A stretch of DNA of 64,000 bases from Bispira polyomma. Lineage: Eukaryota. Of this stretch, positions 49,200-62,179 are shown one piece after another. The notes under the pieces are model-generated. The model was not told where the DNA came from. It saw only the letters and a list, made by a program, of their open reading frames with translations, and ran no database searches. The stretch covers positions 36,270,001 to 36,334,000 of the forward strand of contig OZ287756.1 of assembly GCA_965649765.1 (NCBI GenBank). The letters are read 5' to 3'. The position numbers were made by a program, and so were the translations under genes. Numbering within the stretch: position 1 is the first letter of the stretch; each line of letters opens with the position of its first letter.

Positions 49200-52100
49200 A
49201 ACCACTGACTGTTTCATAATTTACAAGCTCATGTCTAAGATCAAAGCTTTTTTTGTCTAAATTGCCCTTACCAGAGATCTATTTAAGATAGGTGTAGAAC
49301 CAATACTAGGTCCCATTGTTATTTACCCAGAAATAAACTGTGGCAAATCAATGTCTTCAATGTTATTATTCGACTCCGAATGTCTGTCTTGTAAAAAATT
49401 TAGTCTTTGATGACACATGTTACAGAGCACTGATCTCATGTCACACTGGGGAATTATGTTTTTCTTACACAACACAGGATGCATCTTGCATTGCTGGTAC
49501 TAACTTTTTGTAGATTGAAAGGAACTCTCCGATGTTATAGTACGTTAGCATTAGTTGTATGTTCATTGACCAGTTTGTCAGGAGTTTTAAATTACTAAAT
49601 AAGCACATCAGAAAGCATGTTTCTTTAGCTTGTCGATATATGTTGACATAAAGTCATATACGTATATATAGTCTAGTGTATAAGATATCTAGAACTTATA
49701 AGTTTGGTTTGTGTGGCAATAAAGAAGCTAGTATGTGACAAACGAGAGACCTATAGCCAGTCTCACTAAATGCCCAACAAATACAGGGATATAATCTGTC
49801 CTTGTTTCACAAGTATTTCATCCTTCCTATAGCTGTATTTGATGACACAGTAAACAATGTGGACAACTAAGTAAAAGAGATTTGGAGTGAAACTTGGGAT
49901 AGAAACTCTTGTGTTCACACTTGGGACTATCTGTCATGTTTAACAGTGTTTACTTTGGCAGGAGTGGAGTAGATCTGTCACCCAACTCAAAGTTCCACTA
50001 TTTCCAAGCCATTGTACAATTTTTAACTGAAGATACATTTTCATATAGCCATCAATTTCATTGTTATCATTTTGTTGATTTATTCTTTAAATGCAATCAG
50101 AAAAGTAATTCATATAAATTATCATAAACTATCTCAAAATGTGGTTGACAATATTTTATCTCATGAAGCATCAAATTTATTTGCAGTTTGAACCAAATAA
50201 CAAAAATTGGGTCATACCAGAAAGCAATTTAACAATCCCCTGCTTATAGTATAACTTCTCAGTTACCCACATTTACTGTGCACATGTAATTAAAACATCA
50301 AACAACACCCAGTTGTAACAAGCATGATAAGAATACTAAGATTATTTATTTACTAGGTAGTTGTAGACAATTATTATGATAATCTAGTTTGTAAGTATTT
50401 CATGTCAGCAATACTAAGTATACAGATATCATATCTAATGCTCTAGTATATCATTTATTTCCATATTGATCAGGTGAATGTCCACAGAAACCTTTTACTT
50501 TCAAACTGGCCTGCTATGAGCAATCCAGTTTGTGTTCTATTAGACAGCTATCAGCCTTCACAGCTCATCAGTTTGTGCCGTCAGCTTTGTGTATTGGTCT
50601 TTGCTGTCATCTTATGAACACCAACACATTAACCTCTCACATAAAGGTAATCATTTAAGTGATGTACTTTTAAAGCCATTGATAGTACGTCCGTTTTAAT
50701 TAAAATTATATCACCCATACTATAAGATTAAATAACCTTACTTTTATTTACTGATTGAAAACATTTCTATAACAAAAGCACAGGATTAGAGTCACACATA
50801 AATGTGAAATTATAAGCAACAGTAATTTTTCTTGCACCAAAAACCACTTTTAGGTCGAGATTTTTGCAGTAAAACCTAGTTTGGGTGGACCAGGGGGAAT
50901 ACCTCATGTATGATATGAACTGCTATTGGGGTTTAGTATCACAAACAAATTGACAAATGCACATTATTTTGTCCCATTAAAACTAGGCAAGTAGTCTCAG
51001 TGGTCTGATTGTGTGTCATTAAGGGATTAATGTTAGAATATACATCCTGATTTAAAAATGGATGACTCCAGCCTAATTTAGCTGGCAGTTAATACAATTC
51101 TCTCTGTATTTCTGCTGTAAGAAACATATAAGTCAGATGGATACACCTCTGAAAGGTTAAAAAATACCTTGTCTAAGGGGCTATAAACTCCTTTAAGTCT
51201 TTTGACTGCTGGGTTTATGGACACGTGAAGTTGTTAACTTACTGTACTCTCGATGGTAATGTATTCTTTGTTCTTTAATAAATTAACTACAGACGTTAAA
51301 CCACACCAGCTTTATTATATTGTAAGTTGTTAAAATACAAATATCTTTTTTAACCAAATAGGTAATGCAAGTGCCAAAAGCATGTTAGAATATAATTTAA
51401 TTCCATGGCAGTTATATAAATCGTTCATAAATTGTGCATTTAAAATGACTCATACTGTACCCCTTCAGGGGAATTGTGTGGCAGTAAAATGTAAAAGGTA
51501 GAGGAACTACAGTGGGTACATAAGTAACATTTTATAGTAAGGACACTTAAAAGAGTGATAATTAATCTATCACCGAGTACAACATAGTAACCTATCTAAG
51601 TTTATTACCTGTTTCAGGTATCCCAACATGTGACTTACATCTGTTTTAATGTGAAACATTATCTGCTTTTAGAAGTTGTTTTACATTCCACCAAACCAAA
51701 TTTGTCCAATGTCTTTTGCACAACCAGAAAGTATATAGATGTTTTTTCAACTACTGATGACGTGTATTGTGTTCTGGGGTGTCATATAACTTGTCATTGT
51801 TAATTGTCGCCACCACAGATCTAATTTAGAGAAAACCGCAACCACAAATAAACCTTTATGTTGGTATGTATCCACAAACAGAGTGAGACAAATCACTGAC
51901 TTTACTAAAAAGTTCTGGTATTAAATCTCCAGCCACAAGATGTTTTTTAATCTTCAAAATTATTCTTTTGACAAAACGCAGAAAAGAGCAGTACTCCAGG
52001 GTCAGGCAAGAAAATTGCCATGTTTTTTGTCATTGTGGATTCTCATCCAATATCACTGATATTAGTTACTAAAGATTAAAGGGTACTTATTCTTCTGTTT

Positions 52101-52330
52101 ATTTCTACTTCATCATATTTGCTTGGTTATTACTCTTTGATTTGGGCAAAAAAGGCCAGGAATCTTATTTTGTAATTGTGGGACACTATTAAAAACTTAA
52201 CAAAGATTGACTTTAACACTATATATAGTGGGACGTTTTAGGATTTGTATTTCAAACTTTCTGAATTTATTTTTTTGAACAATGGTTAGTCATGAATGCA
52301 GGTAATAGTGTATTAATATATTATTGATTG
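49200..52330 (-). pseudogene. Decayed near-complete TLR relic R7
   Basis: Minus strand in order: LHVSINP (~51215-51235), YKLDYHNNCLQLP (~50355-50395), NCTMAWK*W...LLNMTDSPKCEH (49915-50020), TM-like IPVFVGHLVRLAIGLSFVTY*LLY (~49720-49790), YVYDF (~49650-49665), KKLVPAM (~49490-49510), FWVNNNG (~49310-49332). Confidence 0.7.
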
Positions 52331-52649
52331 TAAATACCAAGGACAGTAAGTCCTATACGCTAGGGCCAAAATTTGAACCCACGAAGGTAGAGGTGAGAGA
52401 TGAGTGTGTTACCACTACACCACTGATAGCTCCTAATAACAACCAGAGACAACACATTGTCGCCAACCTTTTTCATCCTTTTTTCAAACCTTCACATTTA
52501 ATTGCACTGAAACAACCTTTACAGGAACAGTAGATTAATTTATCTAAAGAACCTTACAGATCCTTTTTCAGACAATACCTTAAATGATGGTAGCTATTGT
52601 GCAGGCCAAAGGATTTCTAACAAAATACCGTAACAAGAAAATGTAGTTA

Positions 52650-54090
52650 TAGGTATTTTAAACCAAATTTACAGGTATTTTAAACCAAATAAAAAAATAT
52701 ATACATGGCGAAGACGCCATCCCCTAAACATGTATGATTTGACAACTTCATTGCTTCCTCTAGCATTACTGATATAATTAATAGTGTCAATAGAAATCCT
52801 AGATATTGCTCAGACCATCTAGGAACTGAATTTCTTAATAAAAAACAATAGAAAACTTCAGAAGGGGACTTGAAAATTCAACACAAGCTTGTTAAAAGAT
52901 TAAGACTATTTCACGTTTATCTGGAAATTTATTAGAGAATAACATATTAGATATGCAAGCCCACTATATGACATTGCTGATCTTGAAACGGAGTCAATGT
53001 TAGATATTCAGTTAACTGTAGATTATGATATTTTTCTTAAAGTACTCCTATATAAGATTAGGGGAGAAACGATCATATTAGCAAGTAAAAAGAAACTTCA
53101 CAATAAAGATGTAGGGATGTGGATCATGTCTGAAATACAGTAGCTTGAGGAAAGTAATTCACCTAAGGTTTTGACAAACTACAAGTAAAAAATAGTGAAC
53201 TTCAGAACTAAAGCCAACCTGACATACAAGTTCACCAGGTAAGGTCATGACTAGAATGGCTTTCTGGTGGAGAAAACCCCACAAAATATTTCTGTGCTTT
53301 AGAACACAATAATGTTATTAAAACCATAAAAGGAAAAAATGATAACTCTGTTGTTACGATTGTTACGAGTCAAAAGGAAATACTAGACGAAGTAGAAGTT
53401 TTTTTACAGTAAACTTTTAAAATCTCAAGATGATAAGTTAGAAAAGTATTATCTTTATGCTCAATAACATGAATATTGCCAAGAAAATTAATTTCCAGTC
53501 AATTGAAAAATACCTAGACACCAGTAATTAATAAACTTCTCGCAGATTTTTTTAATGTTTTTTAAAGCATATAAAAATTTGCATAGCAAAACCATTTATT
53601 TGAAATATATATTTAAGCCAACAAAGCGAGCAAGAGAATTTATTTTATTAATTACCTAATGAATCATAAAGAAATGACCGTGGAATGAAGTAAAACTGGA
53701 ATAATGAAATGTCCATGCATATATGGACATTCATATAGATGAACAAACATAGAATTATATATGCAATACTTGTCATAAAACCATTGCCAATAATAATTTT
53801 ACATGGTTCCAATTAAAAATAATTTATAGAATTTTGGCAACAAGGAGTTACTTATTTAAACTTGTTACTGAAACCCCGTTTTGTTGCAATTGTGAACAAT
53901 ATGACAATATTTTGCACATTCTTGTTGAAAATGAAAATGTGATAATCTTTTGGAAACACCCCCAAAAGGACATAAAGGACAAGATAAAGGTCGATAAAAA
54001 CTTTGATCCATACACAATCATACTTGGCTGTCTTTTAAGAGACCAAAATCAGAAACTTTTAAATATGGTAACTCATGCAGCAAAGAAGCT
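52650..54090 (+). mobile_element. Tx1/L1-clade LINE relic with internal deletions
   Basis: KIRGETIILASKKK, WLSGGENPTKYFCALE and the zinc-knuckle-like TRSYLFKL..TPFCCNCEQYDNILH. Confidence 0.8.
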
Positions 54091-54800
54091 TACCTTTGAC
54101 AATTCCTCCAAAACATCATAAGATCATAGTTCTTGTTAGTCCAAATTGCCTTCACCAAATGTCTACTTAAGATAGAAGAAGAACTACCACTAGACCCCAT
54201 TGTTATTTACCCAGAAATGAACTAGATATGACAAATCAATGTTCCAAATGTGATTTCTGGTATTAATACTCTACTCCAAATGTCTCTCTTTTAAAAAAGG
54301 CTAATTTAGTCTTTAATGAGACATATTACAGAGACGTGATCTCACATCAGACTGGGAAATTATAATTTTGTAACACAATAGGGAAAGCTTTCTTCATCAT
54401 TGGTATTAGGTTTCAGTGGACACAACCTGTCTTAATTAAAGTTCTCTGTGGATGTATTTTCTTTTATTCTTTGTCATCAGTAGGAAACTTAAGTCTTTCA
54501 ATGACATGTAAAAATTATAACTCAGGATTTTACTCACAATTATACTTAATTCAAATGAAAGAAATATAAAATTTGTGCATTTGAAAAGGTCTTTTTTTAC
54601 TGCTTTAAGCACTGAATTTGTATGTGAAATAGGATGTTCATTTTTCAATGTTAGCCAAGATATGGCAGCCTCAGATTTGACCTTCAATCCTCGTTTGAAC
54701 TATGTCTTGTTTACACTCTCTCAACAAATATAATTCTTTGAATTTAAACATACATATTTAGACAGTCCATTCTGCAAATACTGGTAGCTTGTAAATATGG
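54090..54800 (-). pseudogene. Decayed TLR relic R8, TIR/TM part
   Basis: CVH*NLIPMMKKAFPIVLQNYNFPV*CEITSL (~54330-54425) aligns with WVHDALMKTLEDRYGFKLCIHYRDFPLGATISSA of the intact TLR; FWVNNNGV*W ~ VMNNNVYLQW. Confidence 0.7.
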
Positions 54801-57800
54801 TTACAATAAAAATATATTCTTTAATAGCTGAGAATATTTAAGTTGAAAGGAGTCACTACTTGGTAAAATTGTATAATTTTGACCCATTTTCGTCAAAATT
54901 GAGCCTTTTTCGTCAGAAAAGCGTTTTTTGTCATTTAGGGTGACCTGTTTGTATGTTGTAGGCAGCTCCCCGGCGCTGGCGTTTCAGTTCACAGGAAGCA
55001 GTCAATTGACCTCGTTGCGGCTTACTATAAAAGACGGAACATTTTAAATTCTCCCGCCTTTCTTATTTTCATGTACTAGGAACAACTTCAAAACAATAGG
55101 TTTGGCGGTTTAAATTTGAATTTGTTGTTGATGCACTTGGATATTTTAGTTGTTTTAGTATTTTAATTTCAGATTGTATTTCTATGTTCACAATGCCAAG
55201 TATTAAAGATTTTAGTTGTTCCAAGTGGGGGGGAAAACATGAAAGGCCAGTCGGTAGAAAATGTGTATATTTTGTTGCACCTGAGGAATCCGTGGCTGTC
55301 GCCGGCTCCAGTGAAGCTTCTGTCTCCTCTCCAGGTCAGGACGATCTTATTTCTGGACAAATCTTGACACAGTTGCAATCCATGGCTGAAAAGATGGAGA
55401 GGATGGACCAATGAGTACAGCTCACAGAGGCGGCGATAGTGGGAGACCTCACCAAAAATCAGGTGGGTAGTAGCTCTCTTTCTGTTAATTCTGTAGTCGA
55501 ACCGAATGTCGAAGCTAGTGTTATCCCTACTGTTGAATTTCTAAAGAAAAACTCGGCCATTCAGACCCAGGTAGAACAGAGATTAGTAGAACTAAAAGCT
55601 TTGAATGAGAACCCTAATCAAGGTAAGCTTAAATCCCAACGAGGTGGGGGTACTGACGTTCTGGTTAAAAAATTAGTTGAATGGCCCCAAAATTATGTGC
55701 TTACTGGTAGTCTAAAAACTCGTCCAAGTTATGACGACTTAACTCTGAACCAGTGGGTCTGTGGATTCACTAGCATAGTGCAAGATGAGAAATCCCCGGA
55801 AATTCGCGAAATAATGTTGGAATACATGGCCAACTTGATGGAAGACTCCCAGGATTTTTCTTGGGAGTCGGCCAAAGCTTGCTATACTGTTATCCTCTCC
55901 ACGATGGAGATGGACAAACTTAAGTGGACAGAAGTCGATAAGATAGACCGTCTGAGAAGGGCGCACGCCCAAAGGCACAGTGCTAGTAGTAACAGTCTGG
56001 TAAGTAGCAAAAACGGTACTAAATCAGCTATCAATGGTAAGCAGAATTCGGCAAATTGCAAATTTTTCCAAGAAGGTATGTGTAAGCATCAGAGTAATCA
56101 TAAGACTGGTAATACATACTTCAGACGTGTGTGAAGTGTGTGGAGGTAATCACAAAAAATTGGCCTGTCATAAGAAGGGTTAAAAAAACTGAGGGGCCAC
56201 TGCAGTAATGCAGTGGGCGAAAAAGATATAAAGCGAGTTTTTAGTCGCACTGTATATAGTAAGGATTTCAATTCATTTCACTTGTTTGACAAGTCGGTGA
56301 TTAAAAAAATGTGTACATATAATAGAGGTATAACAAGTCAGTGTAGTTACAGTGAAGTCGTGGTTAAACCGCGTAGTAGCAGTAAGTATGTGGAAAATTG
56401 TGTGTTACAAAGTGTACAAAGAATACCAGTACTAATCCTAACCTTTTAAAAGAAAGTTTGGGGGCAAAGTTCTCTCTAGACATGTGAACAAAGCAACAAT
56501 GGGGGCGACCAGAGCTAGGCAAATACACAAGGTGAGAGTAAAAGAAATACAACCTATTGTCAAAACTCGGGTTCCTCTATTTGTGAACAAAAGTAAAAAG
56601 CTACTGGATTCCTACAGAACAAATAATCAGTAGCAGGCTGACACGGCTAACAGATTTAGTGTGCTAGGTCAGCCTGACACCTCCATTGTTGAGGGCCACA
56701 GCGACAACAATGGAAGTAAGTGTTTACTGGAGCCTATTGTTAGCAATACACTGACCAGTGGGGGAGAGGTTAGTACCAAAAAAAGGGGCAGTATTTCTCG
56801 AAAGGGGAATTCCCCCTCACAGGTCAGTATAAAGGAACAAAAGAAAAAGTGTTCAACAAGGCTTTACTAGTGACAAGTGTGTATTCGATTTGAAATAAAA
56901 GCAGAATAAGCGTGAATTGTTGGAAAAGGCAAAATTAAATGAAGCCCACATCAAATGGCGTGAACAAAACAAGGTCCACTATGGTTTTATCCTTTTGACT
57001 ACATTGGGTATAAAAATATGGGACAATAGTTCAGAAAATCTGGGTATTGATATTTTAAAAATGCACAACTTGTTGCGAAAAGATGGTAGGCAAAATTTTA
57101 AAGGTCTTCAATTATCAATAAAGTCTCAGCTTCATCCTGATAGGTGGAAGCGATATTTGAGCGAATATTGGGATTGGCAGTTACCTTTACTACTAGCCAA
57201 TCAGCGTGGCCCAATCACAAATTTGCTTTGGAATTTCCTGAACACGTCGATTTCTATTTGAAGGATGAATGTGACTATGGTGCAATGCTCGGGCCATATA
57301 TGGACCCTCCAATCAAAAATCTGCATTTCTCCTCAATGATGACACGTACAAAAACAACCTCGAGTAATAGGCGGGTCATCGTTGATCTGAGTTGGCCGAA
57401 GGGCCAATCAGTTAACACTGGTGCTTCACCCACCACATACTTGGGTACAGATTTCATATTGTCTTATCCTTCTATAGATCACTTAACAAATGAGGTATTA
57501 AAACTGGGGAGAGGTTGTAAAATATTCAAAATTGACATTAGCAGGGCATTTCGACACGTACCCATTGACCCTGGGGACATTGATTTGTTAGGCCTGAAGT
57601 GGGGTTCTTACTTTATAGATAAGTCACTCCCGTTCGGTTATCAGAACGGGAGTACTATGTTTCAGAGAATTTCAGATGCAGTAAGATACATAATGCACTC
57701 TGAGGATCATAATGTCCACAATTATTTGGATGATTTTTTATGCATCTCGCTCCCGAGTCAAATCGACAAAATTTATAAATGCTTGCAGGTACTGCTTTCG

Positions 57801-58628
57801 GAACTAGGACTTACAGTCAGCAAAAAGAAATTGGTCCCTCCTAATACCGTGGTTATATGTCTGGGTATTAGTATTGATACGGTAAAATTTACTACTTCGA
57901 TTCCTATTGAAAAATTGCAAGAAATTAAAAATATATGTGTCAGATGGAGAAGTAAAAAATCTTGTACCAAAAAAGAGAGTATATCTGAATCGAATGTTGG
58001 CATTATTAAGAGACAACCATAACAAAAGTAGATTTCCTCTGACTGAAGAGTTTACTAGAGACCTTAGGTGGTTTATAACGTTTATAAATCAGTTTAATGG
58101 AGTCTCCTTCTTAAATCACAAGCCGGTTAATGCAAAAATTGAGTTAGATGCTTGCTTAACAGGCATGGGAGGCATATATAAAAATCAAGTATATAAACTG
58201 TCAGTCCCTACTAGTATGTCCCATCATAATATTGCAGAACTGGAGATGCTGAATATATTGGTAGCTTTAAACTTGTGGGCTGAGGCCTGGCGTGGATTCT
58301 GAGTATTGTTCAAGTGCGACAACCAAGCTGTGGTCAGTGTCTTAGAAACGGGGCGAACAAAAGACCCAATACTCGCTACCTATACTCGCAACATATATAT
58401 GTGGGCTAGTCGTTTCAATATTGACATCAAAGTTGTACATATACTAGGCGTGGATAACAATATAGCCGATTTATTGTCTAGGTGGGAGAAAACCAAAAAT
58501 AATGAGCAAATGCTAGCTACTTTGACAGGTCCTGTAGTTTGGTTAGATACTGACCACACTTTGTTACAAGTTGATAATAATATATAGTTTAACTACCTTG
58601 ACTTGTATGTATTTCAGCAACAAATCCA

Positions 58629-59549
58629 ATGGATAAGATGGCCTGCCAGAGATTGCATTCAGCTTTCGCTGCTTCAACAGCCAGAGCCTATGACAGCATG
58701 TATAGACTCTTTCTGGCTTTCGGGGTCTTTATGAATTGGATCCCCAGCCAGGTGAACGTTTTCAACCTTCTTGTATATCCAGAATTCTTAAATTTTAATG
58801 CTGTAAAACCCTCTCAAATTGCAAATCACTTGTCGGCCATCAAAGCTAAGTGCATCCTTTTCCATTTGAATGTTGAAGTTTTCTCTGATCCACGAATTTC
58901 ATATTTTACCAGAGCCTTGTTAATTAATAGACCTTTGCAAGTAAAATTAAAATGTATTTTTGACATACCCTTGCTTAGTGCTGTAATACAAAAGTGTAAC
59001 TATATGTATATGGGTCAAGTATTCAAGGCTGTTTACCTTACCAGTTTCTTTAGCTTTTTGCGACTCTCAAATCTATGTCCTCATTCAGTAAAGGATTTTT
59101 CACCTCTCAAGCATCTCGCCAGGGGCGATGTTATGTTCAAGCCTGGTTATGTAGTTCTCCTAGTAAAATGGTCTAAAACCATGCAAACAAATGATGCTGT
59201 ACGACTCCTTACTTTACCAGCTCTGTCAAATTCTATTTTATGTCCAGTCACAGCCTTAAAGAACTTGTTGGCCCTTACCCCTGCTGGTGCAAATCTTCCT
59301 TTGTTCCAGTTTAAGCTTTCGGCTTCCTGGATCCCTCTTACTGACACCCGGGTCAGGCGCCATCTCAAAAGTGTCTTACAAATGCTGGGATTACAAAATT
59401 CAAATCTCTCATTCCATGCTTTTCGACGTTCAGGTGCCACCTTTGCTTTTAATGATAATGTCCAAATTCAAGATATTCAGAGGCATGGCACCTGGACGTC
59501 GGATTGTGTGTGGCGATACGTCACATACTCAGCCAATGCTGGTTCCTAG
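58629..59549 (+). CDS. Tyrosine recombinase ORF of the second Ngaro element (open, catalytic residues present)
   Basis: 306 aa with FLRLSNL, WSKT, HAFRRSG and HGTWTSDCVWRY. The TAG at 59547 may be slightly premature. Confidence 0.88.
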   Translation: MDKMACQRLHSAFAASTARAYDSMYRLFLAFGVFMNWIPSQVNVFNLLVYPEFLNFNAVKPSQIANHLSAIKAKCILFHLNVEVFSDPRISYFTRALLINRPLQVKLKCIFDIPLLSAVIQKCNYMYMGQVFKAVYLTSFFSFLRLSNLCPHSVKDFSPLKHLARGDVMFKPGYVVLLVKWSKTMQTNDAVRLLTLPALSNSILCPVTALKNLLALTPAGANLPLFQFKLSASWIPLTDTRVRRHLKSVLQMLGLQNSNLSFHAFRRSGATFAFNDNVQIQDIQRHGTWTSDCVWRYVTYSANAGS

Positions 59550-59969
59550 GTAGCCAACGCTTTCTCTGCAGCCCTGGGTGCTTCTTCGTGATCTGGGTTT
59601 GGTGGTCTGCCACATTTTATGTGACAGTACATGTTCATATTAATGTATTCAAATAAAAACTTACAGTAACCATATAACTGTACTGGGCATAAGGTCACCG
59701 TACATAATGTACTCTTTTATCTCAAATTTGATTCAATCATCTCAAACTGAACTTATATTTAAGTCTACCTTAACATGAGGTTGACTTACTGCAACCTTAA
59801 TCTCAACATGTTTCTTTTTTGGCTTAACCTGACCTTAAATTCCAGTTAAGTCATTGGTAGACTTAACTTAAGCTGGACACGAATTTTGATCCAAGCTACA
59901 CTTAACTTAATTGTATTTTAAAAGTTTATTTATGGTCGCCTTATTCTCAAATTAAGGCTACCTTAGTGA

Positions 59970-60110
59970 TTTCCTGTAGTTAAGGTGACCTTATTGATTT
60001 CAAAATTCCTGTAGTTAAGGTGACCTTATGCCCTACCTTAGTGAATTCCTGTAGTTAAGGTGACCTTATTGATTTCAAAATTCCTGTAGTTAAAGTGACC
60101 TTATGCCCTA
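59970..60110. repeat. Tandem duplication of the right stem arm inside the element 2 B region
   Basis: Four copies of ttcctgtagttaaggtgaccttat with alternating ends (tgatttcaaaa / gcccta). Confidence 0.9.
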
Positions 60111-60243
60111 AACTTCATAACTGTGTACATATGATAAGTAGTAGTGTAACATATTAGTGCCTAATAAAATCTTAAACCGCAATCTTTTACTTGGTTATTA
60201 AACTTACATATTATTGATTAGGACGGCTACACAGGGGAACTGT

Positions 60244-61900
60244 GCATAAAATACCCATTAGGTGATAGGTAAGAGATATGTTGTTACCAAATCTCCACCA
60301 GAATGGTAGGATACTCGGTCATATTCTCCTTCTTATAGTTTTTGTGATGACACTGCAAAACTTAGGACTTTTAAGTACAAGATTTTCAGTATTTACACCG
60401 GGGGACTATCTGTCTTTATTACCAGTTTTTACTCTCGCAGGATGGAAATAAACTTGTTACTTACCCAAAACTCTGAACCAAACAAGTTTTCAATACATCT
60501 TGTGTCATATTACGATAGGCAGTTCACTGCTGGAGTCAGAGTTTGGGCATGGCATATCAACTACCATGCCTTATAATATGTCATCGTCTTCCTATTTTTA
60601 TTAATGTCCACAAAATAATTAATGTCCACAAAATAAATAGCTATCAAACTGACCAATAAGATAATTTGTCATCGACTTTCTGACAGTCCAGGGATTGGTT
60701 TCTACTGGACAACTATCAAACTTCGCGCCTCATTAGTTTGTGCCTTCAGCTTTGGTTTTGCTTTGCAAGTCATAAAGGAACCCCTACACAACGACCGCTC
60801 ATATTAGGGGAATTGATTGATGGATACTCTTAATACCATTGATAGTATATAATGGTTATCAACAATAGAATAGGTTTACTGTTTCATAAGTGGATCTTTT
60901 TTTTCACTGAAATAAATGATTTTTTTAACATTTTACCAAAACCACAAGATTATGGTCACAAACAACTTGTTTTTGGTAAAGTTGCACAGAGAACTACTCA
61001 CATGCCAAAGTATTCTGTGCAAAACTAATGTGTTAGTAGACCCAGAATAAGGCTGCTACATGAATCAAATGAACCAATATCGTGTGTCTTCAGCAGCATA
61101 AATAATTTACTAATACACATTTCGGTGCCCATCGAAATAAGACAAAGACATAATGAATTAGGAAGTGCCTGGATTAACAACACTTAGAATACATATCCAG
61201 ATTATTAGTGGCAGGTGATGGGGCTCTTTGTGGTGTAGGGATGACACCCATGCCTCCCATCTCTGCAGATGTGTTTTCGAATCTCGACCCTGGAATGTTT
61301 TTTTTTGGAAAAAGGTCAGTGCTGAAGCTTAAGGCTGGTGCATCATAATGCAGAAATCTTGACAAACTACACTCTACCCTCTACCAAGAAACTGTATGTA
61401 GTAATATACTATAATGGCCTTCAAAGCAACACCATTAATGTCTAAGTAACTGTCTAACCAGAGGAACGGGATAGACTCTCAGTTAAAACATTGACCCCCA
61501 GCTCAATTTACCTGACAGCTAATAAAATCGACTCTATTGGTGTTCCTCTGCCATGGTATTCATCTTAAAGAGTGAAACAACTTACTCAAGAGGCTATAAA
61601 CTAATTTAAAGCTATTGGGTGCAGGGATTTATTGAAACATGGAGCTGTTATTCTCCAATTCCATTTCCCTGGATTTGAGCACACTTTCCGTTTTTGTTAT
61701 ATATTCCATGTAGATGTAATATCACACCAGTTTTTTTTATTTTGACTTTATTAAATGAGAATAGTTTTGTCGACCCAAGTGAAATTATATACAGTATACA
61801 CTGAACATTTTTTTATGAATCTTTGAGTACAAACAAAATAAACCTTAATCAACTTTTAGTCATATTTGTCACACAGAAGGATTCTACACTATAGCCTCCC
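60244..61900 (-). pseudogene. R8 continued: LRRCT/LRR relic beyond the Ngaro insertion
   Basis: 60244-60540 ~ 36560-36835; 60620-61170 ~ 47570-48060; 61190-61730 ~ 34860-35200. Confidence 0.65.
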
Positions 61901-62179
61901 TAACTACAGAAACTACTTTTGTGGCTTCTTCGTGTAATTTACATGCTCGATGTAATACTCCATTTCAACTAAAATATGTATAAGCAGTAACAAATGTATT
62001 TCTAATATTTAGCAAATGTACCTTTGCCAACAAGACTAACCCTGCAGACCCATTTCAAGAACTATATTAAATCTCTTTGCATAATAAAAGTTAATTTAAC
62101 TAACAAAACGTTGCACGAAAATTTACTGTAGGTGGTAAATTTTAACTGTCTTTCAAACTTTTATTTTCCAGAAATACAA

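Larger units (their letters stand above)
54954..60243 (+). mobile_element. Second, diverged Ngaro-type YR retrotransposon (A-ORFs-B only; disrupted)
   Basis: gag ~55193-56192, pol ~56190-58587 (NYLDDF, RNase H motifs), YR 58618-59549, B-like 3' region ending ggaactgt. Both ends are defined by the paralogous empty site at ~36550. Confidence 0.93.
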
